Source: Candidatus Saccharimonadales bacterium (lineage in GTDB: Bacteria; Patescibacteriota; Saccharimonadia; Saccharimonadales; OMJO01). From it: a stretch of 64,000 nucleotides of DNA. The translations under genes were made by a program, and so were the position numbers. The stretch is taken from the NCBI GenBank assembly GCA_035480035.1, contig DATIID010000001.1:137323-201322 (forward strand). Direction: 5' to 3'. This document shows, in pieces, positions 63,831 to 64,000 of this stretch. The notes under the pieces are model-generated. The model ran no database searches and was not told where the DNA came from. It saw nothing but the letters and a program-made list of their open reading frames with translations. Within the stretch, counting starts at the first letter, position 1. Every line of letters begins with the position of its first letter.

Positions 63831-64000
63831 TACAAATAGAGGCTGGTGGTTCAGTTTTAGCTGAGACTTTACGGCAACCCATGGATCCGAAAATACTGGG
63901 AGGGTTAGCGGTAGGTAACTTCATCGATGAGACCGTACTACACACTGCCGAAAAACAACTCGAGAATTCATTACAAATGGCTAGTCGGGATGTAACCAGG
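63827..64000 (+). CDS. hypothetical protein (N-terminal part; runs off the right edge)
   Basis: ATGA overlap with the preceding stop. 58 open codons (MIQIEAGGSVLAETLRQPMDPK...) reach the window end. Confidence 0.4.
   Translation, partial: MIQIEAGGSVLAETLRQPMDPKILGGLAVGNFIDETVLHTAEKQLENSLQMASRDVTR

Overview
Gene-dense 64-kb bacterial chromosome segment, low-to-mid-40s %GC by eye. It uses the standard genetic code: UGA terminates full-length atpF and atpG. Content is a full cyoABCD-cyoE quinol oxidase beside an F1Fo ATP synthase operon, many envelope glycosyltransferases, very little biosynthesis, and nine convergent gene pairs with overlapping 3' ends. This fits a reduced-genome, CPR/Saccharibacteria-like organism, which is inference from gene content only. 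I call about 80 CDS (two run off the window edges) and three tRNAs (Leu-CAA, Ser-GGA, Gln-UUG). I found no rRNA, CRISPR array, transposase, integrase or obvious defence system. Items worth a second look: (1) three orphan ORFs translationally coupled into the atpA/atpG/atpD/atpC junctions, plus a shortened delta subunit. (2) About 20 transcription-unit starts have a -10 box (often TGn-extended) only 6-10 nt upstream of the start codon, suggesting widespread leaderless mRNAs, while small orphan genes use strong AAGGAG sites. (3) At 63.1-63.5 kb, two divergent promoters share one palindromic -35. Each drives a ~150-nt leader holding a leaderless GTG mini-ORF, alternative hairpins and an intrinsic terminator abutting the downstream RBS. 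(4) CyoD is fused to a cupredoxin-like domain that has a secreted paralog in the window. (5) Several lineage-specific proteins stand out: a CxDxR...H...C protein, a His/Asp/Trp-rich secreted peptide and paired GT-C-like membrane proteins. (6) A structured ~100-nt leader may be co-transcribed with tRNA-Gln. All functional calls come from motif recognition by eye and no database search was run.
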